Shown here: one piece after another, positions 39,762 through 48,226 of the stretch
How the letters are laid out: each line of letters starts with the position of its first letter
How positions within the stretch are numbered: the first letter of the stretch is position 1
NCBI GenBank assembly: GCA_965205485.1
Contig: OZ242180.1
Span: 864,001-928,000 of the forward strand
From: Candidatus Latescibacterota bacterium
GTDB taxonomy: Bacteria; Latescibacterota; UBA2968; GCA-2709665
Length of the DNA: 64,000 nt
Direction of reading: 5' to 3'
Notes under the pieces: model-generated
Databases searched by the model: none
What the model was told of the DNA's origin: nothing
What the model saw: only the letters and a program-made list of their open reading frames with translations
Position numbers and translations under genes: made by a program

Positions 39762-41663
39762 TCAGATCAAATTTTCGATGATGTAGTCCCTGCGTTCGGG
39801 GGTATTCTTGCCCATGTAGAAGCGGAGCGTGTTGGCGATTTCGGATATGGAACGGATATTGACTTTGACCAGCCGCATATCGTCGCCGATGAACTGGCCG
39901 AATTCCTTCGGCGAGATCTCCCCGAGCCCTTTAAACCGTGTAATCTCGGGGTTCTTGACCTCCTCCAGGGCGCTTTCGCGCTCCCGGTTGTTGTAACAGT
40001 AGCGCGTGACCTTGCTGTTCCGGACGCGGAAGAGCGGCGTTTCCAGGATATAGAGATGGCCGGCCAGCACCAGTTCCTCGAAATAATTCAGGAAATACGT
40101 GAGGAGCAGGTACCGGATGTGGTAACCGTCGTGGTCGGCGTCGGTGGCAATGACGATTTTGTTGAAACGCAGGTTTTCGATACCGTCTTCGATACCCAGC
40201 GCCATCATGAGGTTGTACAGTTCCTCGTTCTTGTACACCGCGGCCTTGTTCTTGCCGAATACGTTCAATGGAACGCCCTTGAGGCCGAAGATCGCCTGGG
40301 TGAGGACGTCGCGCGCGGCGACCATGGACCCCGCCGCCGAAGGGCCTTCGGTAATGAAGATGGTTGAGTCTTCGCCATGCTTCTTCTGGCCCAGGTGGAA
40401 TTTGCAGTCTTTAAAGTGCGGAATCTTGATTGCGATCTTCCGGGCAGCTTCCTTGGCTTCTTTCTTTACGGCGTTGAGTTCCTTTCTCAACGTTTCGTTC
40501 TGGGCGATTTTCTCGGACAGGCGCCCGGCCGCGGCCTGGTTCTTGTGAAGGAGGTCGACCACGGCGCTCTTGACCTCTGCGACAATCCAACCCCGAATAT
40601 CCGTATTCCCCAGCTTGTTCTTGGTCTGCGACTCGAAAACAGGCGCTTTGAGCTTGACGGCGACGGCGCCGGAGATGCTCTCCCGAACGTCGATGCCGTT
40701 GTAATTCTTCTTGTAGAATTCATTCACGCCCTTGAGGATGCCCTCCCGAAAGGCGCTCTGGTGGGCCCCGCCGTCGCTGGTGTGTTGGCCGTTGACGAAT
40801 GAGAAATACGTTTCCCCATAACTGGCCGTGTGGCTGAACGCGAACTCCAGGTATTGGGACTTGTGATACAATGGCTCATAGAGGGCGGTCTCGCCGACTT
40901 CGCGTGTGAGGAAGTCCAGCAATCCGTATCTGGATACGAATCGTTCCCTGTTGAAGACGAGCGAAAGTCCCCTGTTCAGGCATGCGTAGTTCCACAGTCG
41001 CTGCCGGACGTAATCGAAATTGAACGCAAAGTCATCGCCGAAGATCTGAACATCGGGCAGAAACTCGAAACAGGAGCCGTCGGGTTCCCCGGGTTTCCGT
41101 CCCTTCAGCTTCTTCTTCAACCGGCCGCGCTCGAAGCGGGCTTCGAAGTACTCTCCTTCCCGGAACGCAACCGCCCTGAAATCGGAAGCAAGGGCGTTGA
41201 CGGCCTTCGTGCCCACGCCGTTGAGGCCCACGCTGAACTGAAACACGTCATCGTTGTATTTCGCGCCGGTATTGATGATGGAAACGCAGTCGATGACCTT
41301 GCCCAGGGGAATGCCGCGGCCGTAGTCACGAACCCGGACCCGGTTGTCTTCGATGCTGACGTCGATCTTTTTTCCGAAACCCATGATGAATTCGTCTACG
41401 GCATTGTCGATGACTTCCTTCAGCAGGACGTAGATGCCGTCGTCCGGATTGGACCCGTCGCCAAGCCGGCCGATGTACATGCCTGTGCGGAGACGGATGT
41501 GTTCCAATGAGCTGAGCGTCTTGACCTTGGACTCGTCGTACCCGTGTCCGGGCGATGCGCCGTTGTTCTTCCCGGCGGTGGATCGACGGGCGGGCGCGGC
41601 TTTTCCATTAATGGAGAGCGAAAGTTGATCCGAACTGCGCACTGACGATTTCGATTCAGGCAT
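39762..41663 (-). CDS. parE: DNA topoisomerase IV subunit B
   Basis: EHIRLRTGMYIG, EVIDNAVDE, DYGRGIP, GLNGVG, TEGPSA, TDADHDG, RFKGLGE. Confidence 0.9.
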   Translation of the reverse strand: MPESKSSVRSSDQLSLSINGKAAPARRSTAGKNNGASPGHGYDESKVKTLSSLEHIRLRTGMYIGRLGDGSNPDDGIYVLLKEVIDNAVDEFIMGFGKKIDVSIEDNRVRVRDYGRGIPLGKVIDCVSIINTGAKYNDDVFQFSVGLNGVGTKAVNALASDFRAVAFREGEYFEARFERGRLKKKLKGRKPGEPDGSCFEFLPDVQIFGDDFAFNFDYVRQRLWNYACLNRGLSLVFNRERFVSRYGLLDFLTREVGETALYEPLYHKSQYLEFAFSHTASYGETYFSFVNGQHTSDGGAHQSAFREGILKGVNEFYKKNYNGIDVRESISGAVAVKLKAPVFESQTKNKLGNTDIRGWIVAEVKSAVVDLLHKNQAAAGRLSEKIAQNETLRKELNAVKKEAKEAARKIAIKIPHFKDCKFHLGQKKHGEDSTIFITEGPSAAGSMVAARDVLTQAIFGLKGVPLNVFGKNKAAVYKNEELYNLMMALGIEDGIENLRFNKIVIATDADHDGYHIRYLLLTYFLNYFEELVLAGHLYILETPLFRVRNSKVTRYCYNNRERESALEEVKNPEITRFKGLGEISPKEFGQFIGDDMRLVKVNIRSISEIANTLRFYMGKNTPERRDYIIENLI

Positions 41664-41902
41664 AACCCACCTTTTCGGGATCGCTTGAAACCGCAACCCC
41701 GCACGGCAAACTTCCAGCCGGGGAGACAGACGAACCTGACGCAGAGTCAGGCCTGAATGGGGCTCAAAAAGGAACCTAACTGTGGGGAAATAAAGGGGAA
41801 AGACAGCACTATAATATAGTGCATCTTTGTTCATCTTTCAAGGTGTTTTTTGCGCAGGCGCGCCAGACGGTCCGGAGGGAGTAAGGACGGGGAATGGCCC
41901 TT

Positions 41903-42355
41903 TCAGGTCTCCTGGATCGCGTAGGTGAGGACGTCAACAACCTGTTCGGGCGTTTCCGCCACCGCCAGCGCCGCCGAGTCGACTTCCTTGAGCGCGTGGG
42001 CGATGCCTGCGTCGTGTATCACAATTATCGGTTTGCCCAGGGCCGCGGCGAAGCCGGCGTCGAACGCCGCGTTCCACTGCCGGTAATTGCCTCCGAAACG
42101 CACGACCACGACGTCGGCGTCGCCAATGAGCGTCCGGGTCCGGATGGCATTGATCTTCGCGCCCTTGTGGTCCTTCCAGAACGAGGATTCCTCGGGGCCC
42201 AGGATATCCACGCCGCAGTTGTCGCTGGCGGTGTGGTCGGTGACCGGCGCCGTGAAGGAGACCGGAAGCCCGGCTTCCTCCGCGGCACTTACGATCCGGT
42301 CCCGCCAGTCGCTGTGGATTTCCCCGGCCAGGTACACCTTCCACCGCTTCGACAT
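41903..42355 (-). CDS. ytoQ: YtoQ family protein (nucleoside 2-deoxyribosyltransferase-like fold)
   Basis: VYLAGEIHSDWR..PVTDH..WKDHKGAKINAIRT..YRQWNAAFDAG..HALKEVD. Confidence 0.85.
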   Translation of the reverse strand: MSKRWKVYLAGEIHSDWRDRIVSAAEEAGLPVSFTAPVTDHTASDNCGVDILGPEESSFWKDHKGAKINAIRTRTLIGDADVVVVRFGGNYRQWNAAFDAGFAAALGKPIIVIHDAGIAHALKEVDSAALAVAETPEQVVDVLTYAIQET

Positions 42356-42436
42356 TCTCCGGACTCCTGTTATTACGGGGAGCGTTAAATGGTTGACGCT
42401 ACCAGCCTTAATTCGAAAGAAAACAACCGTAAATTT

Positions 42437-42593
42437 ACCACAAAAAGCACAAAAGACACAGAAGGACCCAAAGCCAACCCGGGTGATGATACGCCAACCT
42501 TCCGGATGGAATCCGGGCGTTGTTCGTTACCCCCACTCGGTCGGTCACAGAATACAACCCTTCCCATTTTGTGTTTTTGTGCCTTTTGTGGCT
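42437..42593. repeat. Inverted pair of CACAAAA-type repeats
   Basis: CCACAAAAAGCACAAAAGACACAGAA ... TTTTGTGTTTTTGTGCCTTTTGTGG. Confidence 0.7.
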
Positions 42594-42857
42594 ATTGCTT
42601 TTGGTGGAACAATGGCTAAAAGAAGCACATAAGGCACAGAAGGATAATTACGGGTAGCGTCAAATAGTTGACGCTATTGGTCGGCGAGGTATCGTACACA
42701 TGTAACCTGAGAACAGCGCTTTTTACCAAAAGTGGCAAATGATCGACGTCTATGCCCCGTACGTCGGAATACGCGCATCCCGGCTCTGAATCGGCCCGGT
42801 TCGCAGGCTGCATACGTCGCGTTTACTTGCACAACTGTGGAACGACGGCCCCTTCGC

Positions 42858-43988
42858 TCAGTCCTTCACGACCCGGGTATGCGTGTACTGGTTTGAGTAG
42901 TTTCTCATATTTCCCGTAGCGTAGACCTGCTTGATGGCCGTAGCCGGGAGCCAATGGATAAACCAGTTGTTGTAGACATCGCAGATATCCCGCGGTATGC
43001 CCCGGATGACCACCGCTTCGACGTCGACGGCGAGAAACGTGTTGTGGTGGATGAGAATGACGTTCCCGGCAATGTCCGTTCCGTCTTCGCGGTCTCTGCC
43101 GCCGTGCATATCGAAGCTGTGGCTGTTGGCATTCTCCAGAACCATGTTGTATCTGGCTTCGTAGCTGGTGTTCGGCCTGCCCGTGCCCGCGATGTGGTGC
43201 CGGCACCAGTCGAACAGGTTGGCTTCGATGAGCGCTTCGGAATTGTCCATCACCACGCCGTAGCCGAGGCCGTGGCGCTGATTGTGGTGGATATAGTTGT
43301 GGTGGATGTGGTTGTCCGTGGAATTCCTCCGGAGGAAAATCGCGCCGTGGCTCCAGCCCCAGAGTTCGCAGTTGTCCACCTTCAGCCTCGGTTGGAAGGT
43401 CTCGATGGCCCTGGAGTTGGGTATGCTGTAGAACCGACCCTCCCTCAGGAGCTGCGTCATCTGTTCGGTGCGCCTCATCGAGTCCGGTCCCTCCAGCCTG
43501 AGGCCGGTCAGGCGAACGTCCGGACCGATGGCGACAAACAATGGCGCGGTATCCAGCTGTTCCGAAAAAATAAGGCCGCCGTCGGAATCGGGCTTGCCCC
43601 GGCCGCTGGCCAGCGTGACGCCCGCCCGGATCTCGATGTCCGTATCCCCGGTCAGGTCCACCCTCGCGGTATCCGCCAGGTAGACCACCTGCCCGCCCGT
43701 CGCCTGCTTGAGCGCATCCAGCAACTCCGACCGGCTGGTGACGAAGTAGTCATACTCCTCAACCAGTTGATCGTATCCCTCGCCGCCGCCGATGGGATTG
43801 CCGGTGGGGTTCGAGTCGGCCCCGAACTTGTCGTCCGATAGCAGGGCGCGGTTGCTCAGGTCCCGTCCGCCCGTCGTCGTTTCGGTGGGCTGCGGTTCGG
43901 GCGCAGGGGGCGTTTCCTCTCCGCCGCAGGAAGGGACGAGAAACAGCAATGCGAGAATGGCAAGCAGCTTGTAAACGGATGTTGACAA
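42858..43988 (-). CDS. Beta-helix lipoprotein
   Basis: Lipobox VPSC, Pro-rich linker, NPIGGGEGY, HIHHNYIHHNQ, FDMHGGRDR. Confidence 0.8.
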   Translation of the reverse strand: MSTSVYKLLAILALLFLVPSCGGEETPPAPEPQPTETTTGGRDLSNRALLSDDKFGADSNPTGNPIGGGEGYDQLVEEYDYFVTSRSELLDALKQATGGQVVYLADTARVDLTGDTDIEIRAGVTLASGRGKPDSDGGLIFSEQLDTAPLFVAIGPDVRLTGLRLEGPDSMRRTEQMTQLLREGRFYSIPNSRAIETFQPRLKVDNCELWGWSHGAIFLRRNSTDNHIHHNYIHHNQRHGLGYGVVMDNSEALIEANLFDWCRHHIAGTGRPNTSYEARYNMVLENANSHSFDMHGGRDREDGTDIAGNVILIHHNTFLAVDVEAVVIRGIPRDICDVYNNWFIHWLPATAIKQVYATGNMRNYSNQYTHTRVVKD

Positions 43989-44067
43989 TGTTGGACCTCA
44001 TCCCGTGGCGAAAATCGACACGCTCACCATCGCGTATCTCTTCAGCAGACCGTCAATCGCAACTTTC

Positions 44068-45201
44068 TCAGTCCTTGGCGACCCGATCGTTGGTGTACTG
44101 GTTTGAGTAGTGGCGGACGTTGCCCTTGGCGTTGGTCTGTTTGACGGCGACGCTCGGGACAAAGTGGATGAACCAGTTGTTGTAGATGTCGCAGTATTCC
44201 TCGGGAACGCCCCGGATGACGACGGCCGCCACGTCGATGGCCAGAAACGTGTTGTGATGGATGGTAATGACCGTCCCGGCGACGTCCGTACCGTCGCCCC
44301 GGTCCCTGCCGCCGTGCATGTCGAAGCTGTGGCTGTTGGCGTTTTCCAGGACGAGGTTGTAACGGGCCTCGTAGCTCGTTCCGGGCCGACCCGTACCGGC
44401 GATGTGGTGCCGGCCCCAGTCGAACAGGTTGGCTTCGATCAGCGCTTCCGATTGGTCCATCACCACGCCGTATCCCAGACCGTGGCGCTGGTTGTGGTGG
44501 AAATAGTTGTGGTGAACGTGGTTGTCGGTGGAATTGGCCCTCAGGAAAATCGCGCCGTGGCTCCAGCCGAAGAGTTCACAGTTGTCCACTTCCAGGCGGG
44601 ATTCGAAGGTCTCGATGCCCCTGGAGTTGGGGATGCTGTAGTACCGTCCTTCCGCGCTGAGTTGCCTCATTTGCTCAGTGCGCCTCATCGTGTCCGGGCC
44701 CTCCAGCCGGAGTCCGGTAACGCGCACGCCGGGACCGGTGGCGACAAAGAGCGGAATCGTCTCCAGTTCCTTTGAGTAAACCAGGCCACCCTCGGTATCG
44801 GGCTTGCCCCGTCCGCTGGCCAGCGTGACGCCGCCAGCGATCTCGATGTTCTGGTCGCCCGTAAGGTCCACCCTCGAGGTGTCAGCCAGATACACGACTT
44901 CGCCGCTGGTCGCCTGCTCGAGCGCATCCAGCAACTCAGCGCGATTAGCGACGAAGTAGTCGTATTCCACGACCAGTCGGTCGTAACCTTCACCCCCGCC
45001 AATGGGATTGCCCGTGGGGTTCGAGTCGGCGCCGAACGTGCTGTCCGACAGCAGGGGCCTGGGTTGCCGGGGCGTGTTATCCGTGGTCTCGGCGGGCGCG
45101 GGCTCCGGCGCCGGGGCGGGGGGTTTTTCCTCCCCGCCGCAGGCCGCAAGGAGAATCAGTACGCCGAGACAGGAGAGCAGCTTGCACAACGTTGTTGGCA
45201 T
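44068..45201 (-). CDS. Beta-helix lipoprotein (tandem paralog)
   Basis: Lipobox LAAC and the same motifs; start ATG 45201 with GAGGT RBS. Confidence 0.8.
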   Translation of the reverse strand: MPTTLCKLLSCLGVLILLAACGGEEKPPAPAPEPAPAETTDNTPRQPRPLLSDSTFGADSNPTGNPIGGGEGYDRLVVEYDYFVANRAELLDALEQATSGEVVYLADTSRVDLTGDQNIEIAGGVTLASGRGKPDTEGGLVYSKELETIPLFVATGPGVRVTGLRLEGPDTMRRTEQMRQLSAEGRYYSIPNSRGIETFESRLEVDNCELFGWSHGAIFLRANSTDNHVHHNYFHHNQRHGLGYGVVMDQSEALIEANLFDWGRHHIAGTGRPGTSYEARYNLVLENANSHSFDMHGGRDRGDGTDVAGTVITIHHNTFLAIDVAAVVIRGVPEEYCDIYNNWFIHFVPSVAVKQTNAKGNVRHYSNQYTNDRVAKD

Positions 45202-45234
45202 AGACACCTCGCGTACACAACTCCCGGTAAGTGG

Positions 45235-45358
45235 GTATACGGGAGACGTTAGACGGTAGAAGAAATCCGTGCCCGTTATGTTATTCTTCCTTGCCTCCGG
45301 CACGAGAAGAAACCTAACAAGGCAGACTATCTCTCCCCTCTCCCGTCTTGCGTCTAAC
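45235..45358 (+). repeat. ~130-bp dispersed structured repeat, copy E
   Basis: ACGGTAGAAGAAATCCGTGCCCG...CCTTGCCTCCGGCACGAGAAGAAACCTAACAAGGC... Confidence 0.85.
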
Positions 45359-45426
45359 GGATTCAAGTCTCCATTCTCGATAACCGGCCCCGCAACGCGC
45401 GATTGGAGTCCCGATCGGAATGCTGT

Positions 45427-46796
45427 TTAATACAGATCTTCCCGCGTCGTTATCGGACACCACCTGGCCGTGTTGAGATGGTCCAGGAGGATGTTGAGCG
45501 CATCGGGCGTGCCGATATACTGAAGCGCAACCGCGGCGTGCCCGGAGGCATAGCGGTTCTCGTCCTGCAGGGCTTCACTCAGCGCGGGGATGGCGGATTC
45601 GCCGTCGGCTCCAAAACGCGCCAGGGCATACGCCGCGGTGTAGCGGACCTGGCCGTCGTCGTCTTTCAGCGCGTTCGCCAATGCGGGCACGGACACGTCC
45701 GGATTGCCGGCGATGGTACCCAGGGCCTCGGCCGCGTGGTGACGCACCCATTCCGATGGATCGTTCAACGTGTTCGAGAGAGCGGAAACGGCCTCGGCGG
45801 CGGCCGGGCCCGCGTCGCCCAGCGCGAAGGCGGCATGGCCGCGCACTCTCTCATCGTCATGACCAAGCGCAACCTTGAGTTCGGGTACGGCGGGCTCTCC
45901 AATTGCGCCCAGCGCGTAGGCGGCGTTGAGTTTGACGTCGTCGTCCTCGGCCTGAAGGGCCCGGCAGAGGGGACCGACAGCCGGCTCTCCGGTTGCGGAC
46001 AGTTCGTAGCCGCGTTAAGCCGGGCATGTTCGTCGCCGTCTTGAAGCGTACGGGAGAGCGCGTCCACGTTGCCGGCGTGTCCGTTGGCGTTCGACCCGCG
46101 CGACCACTCCCAGATGCTGTTCCAGACAAACGGGTGCCTGTCGCCCACGTCCGTGTTGCTCCAGGCCTCGTCGGTGTGGTTCCACTCCGGCTGCGTGGGC
46201 TCGGACATGCGGGTAAACTGGAATTTCATCATATACCGTCTCATGTCCACCTGGTTGGGCATGGCCCGATGCCAGATGTCGAAGTGGACAATTGCGATCG
46301 TTCCGGCTTCGCCACACACGGAAACTCCGGCGTCGTCCGGATCTTCGAGGCGGTCCATGTAGCAATGCGTGTGGGGAATGACCCCCGTCGGTCCGTTGAT
46401 CAATTCCACGTCCTGGGGATAATAGAAGGCCATCGCCCACCGGTTGCGGTGATAACGCAGCTTGTAATACCCCCAATAGCTGTCCTTGTGCCATCCTCCG
46501 CCCTGGCCGTTGGGCTTGTTGAAATGACAGTGCCGGTGGATGTGCATCGCGTGGTCGTGCCCGAGGATGGACGAAAAGGCGCCGTGGACTTCCGGCTGGT
46601 CGAAAACGGTCTGGATTTCGGGAATGCGCGGCAGCACGTTGTTGCCGGGGTTGCCTTCCTTCATGAAGACTTCATCGGTCTTCCGGTAGATTTCTTCGTG
46701 GAACTCGGGCGGGAGGTCCACCTTGATCGTTATAAACCCATTCGCGATGAATTCCTGCATTTTCCGGTCGTCGAGGAGGTATTTCGGGTCCGGCAT
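45427..46796 (-). pseudogene. PhyH-family dioxygenase fused to HEAT/PBS-lyase repeats, with a 1-nt frameshift at about 46009
   Basis: WHKDS/WHRA PhyH motifs; HEAT repeats (NAAYALG, HAAFALG, HAAEALG, TAAYALA) continue in a shifted frame after AAC GCG GC TAC GAA. Confidence 0.8.
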
Positions 46797-47008
46797 GGCT
46801 CAATTCTCCGTAAGGATGGTGAACAGGGGCAGGGCGTGTTCGCTTTCTTGCGCCTCAACAACGAAAAATTACGGATATGGTATATAGGCGTCAAGGGATT
46901 ATTCTTCGGCAGGCGGCGGGCAGCCTCGTGGCGAATGGAATCTGCAGGACTGCTTTTCGTTTCCGCGCAATAACTGTTGCTTTTTCAAGCGATCTGGCGA
47001 ATTTATAC

Positions 47009-47036
47009 TGAACCTCCCGGACGATAACCGTGTCTT
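47009..47036 (+). promoter_or_regulatory. Candidate ECF-type promoter (autoregulation)
   Basis: TGAACC-N16-TGTCTT upstream of the ECF sigma gene. Confidence 0.4.
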
Positions 47037-47090
47037 GCAGGGTGTGAGTCCGGGTACACAAAGCTTCTTCTGCCGATTCCGGGTAAAAAA

Positions 47091-47723
47091 GTGTTATCCG
47101 CAGAACTTCAAAATCAACTCACGATACCGATTCCTCAGCGCGCCGATACGCCGGAGTCCCGAATGCCCCAGGAACGGTTCCTGATCCAGCAGTGTCTCTC
47201 GGGAAATCAGGACGCGTTCCGGAGGTTGATCGAACCCCACCAGGACTTCGTTTTCCGCGTTGCGCTCGCGGTTCTGGGCAGCCGGGAGGAGGCGGAAGAG
47301 GCCGCTCAGGATGCGTTCGTTCGCGCTTACAGGGGGCTGGGTTCGTTTTCAGGGAAGGTTCCGTTTCAGGCGTGGATGTACCGCATTGCGGTTCGGACCG
47401 CCCTGAACGTGCGCAGGCGGAGGCGACGGCGCCTGTTCGAGCGACTGACGCCGCCCGCCTGGTTCGGTGGACTGGCGTCGTCGGATACAGAAGCGCCCGA
47501 CGCCCTGTTTGCGAAACGGGACGCGCGGGTTCGGCTTCGTGCGATAATCAACAGGTTACCCGCGAAACTCCACGAGGTTGTGGTTTTGAGCTATCTGCAG
47601 GAACTTGCCAGCAGGGAGATTGCGGAAATACTGAACATCCCTGAAGGCACGGTCAAGTCCCGGCTCCATCGGGCGCGGGAAAAACTGCATAAGGAGATCG
47701 AAAGGCAGGGTCTGCTGGATTGA
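47091..47723 (+). CDS. ECF sigma-70 factor (start possibly ATG 47163)
   Basis: AEEAAQDAFVRAY..FQAWMYRIA; REIAEILNIPEGTVKSRLHRAR. Confidence 0.9.
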   Translation: MLSAELQNQLTIPIPQRADTPESRMPQERFLIQQCLSGNQDAFRRLIEPHQDFVFRVALAVLGSREEAEEAAQDAFVRAYRGLGSFSGKVPFQAWMYRIAVRTALNVRRRRRRRLFERLTPPAWFGGLASSDTEAPDALFAKRDARVRLRAIINRLPAKLHEVVVLSYLQELASREIAEILNIPEGTVKSRLHRAREKLHKEIERQGLLD

Positions 47724-47747
47724 CCGAAACGAAAGAGGGTTGAAAAC

Positions 47748-48221
47748 ATGCCGAATCTGGAATGTCGCGAGACAAGGAAGCGAATGCACAGCTATCTGGA
47801 CGGCGATTTATCGCCGACGGAAGAAGAGGCTATGCGTACACACGTTGCGCGGTGCGGGGACTGCGCGCCCGCGTTCGAGCGGCTGCAGCAAAGCGAGAAC
47901 ACGGTACGGGGCCATTTTGCGGAGACCGTCGCGAATGAGACGGCGCCAGCCGGGCTTTGGGATGGTTTGTCGGAACGGTTGCGTACCAGGCCGGGGCGGG
48001 TTCCATGGCGCCTCCAGGACCTCATCGAGAGGATACCCCGTGGGGTGCTTGCGCCGGTTGCGGTGGCCGCGGTGCTGATGCTTGCGGTCTGGGGAATGGA
48101 GGTGTATGAAACCAACCCACCGCCGGGAAACGGAAGAACGGCGCCGGTGCGGAAGGAACTTGCACAGATCAAGGCGTCAATCCTGGACATGGAAGCCGAA
48201 CTGGAGCAACAGTGGAGATAG
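47748..48221 (+). CDS. zf-HC2 anti-sigma factor with one TM helix
   Basis: C..YLDGDL..HVARCGDC; TM LAPVAVAAVLMLAVWG. Confidence 0.85.
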   Translation: MPNLECRETRKRMHSYLDGDLSPTEEEAMRTHVARCGDCAPAFERLQQSENTVRGHFAETVANETAPAGLWDGLSERLRTRPGRVPWRLQDLIERIPRGVLAPVAVAAVLMLAVWGMEVYETNPPPGNGRTAPVRKELAQIKASILDMEAELEQQWR

Positions 48222-48226
48222 CGGCT

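Noticed and set aside
38841..40367. 508-aa plus-strand ORF and other long antisense ORFs (e.g. 7684-8847, 10677-11771, 48169-49371)
   Set aside because: Shadow frames opposite well-supported genes in GC-rich DNA; no recognisable motifs
14247..45358. Dispersed repeats or heptamer runs as a CRISPR array
   Set aside because: No regularly spaced direct repeats with unique spacers, and no cas genes
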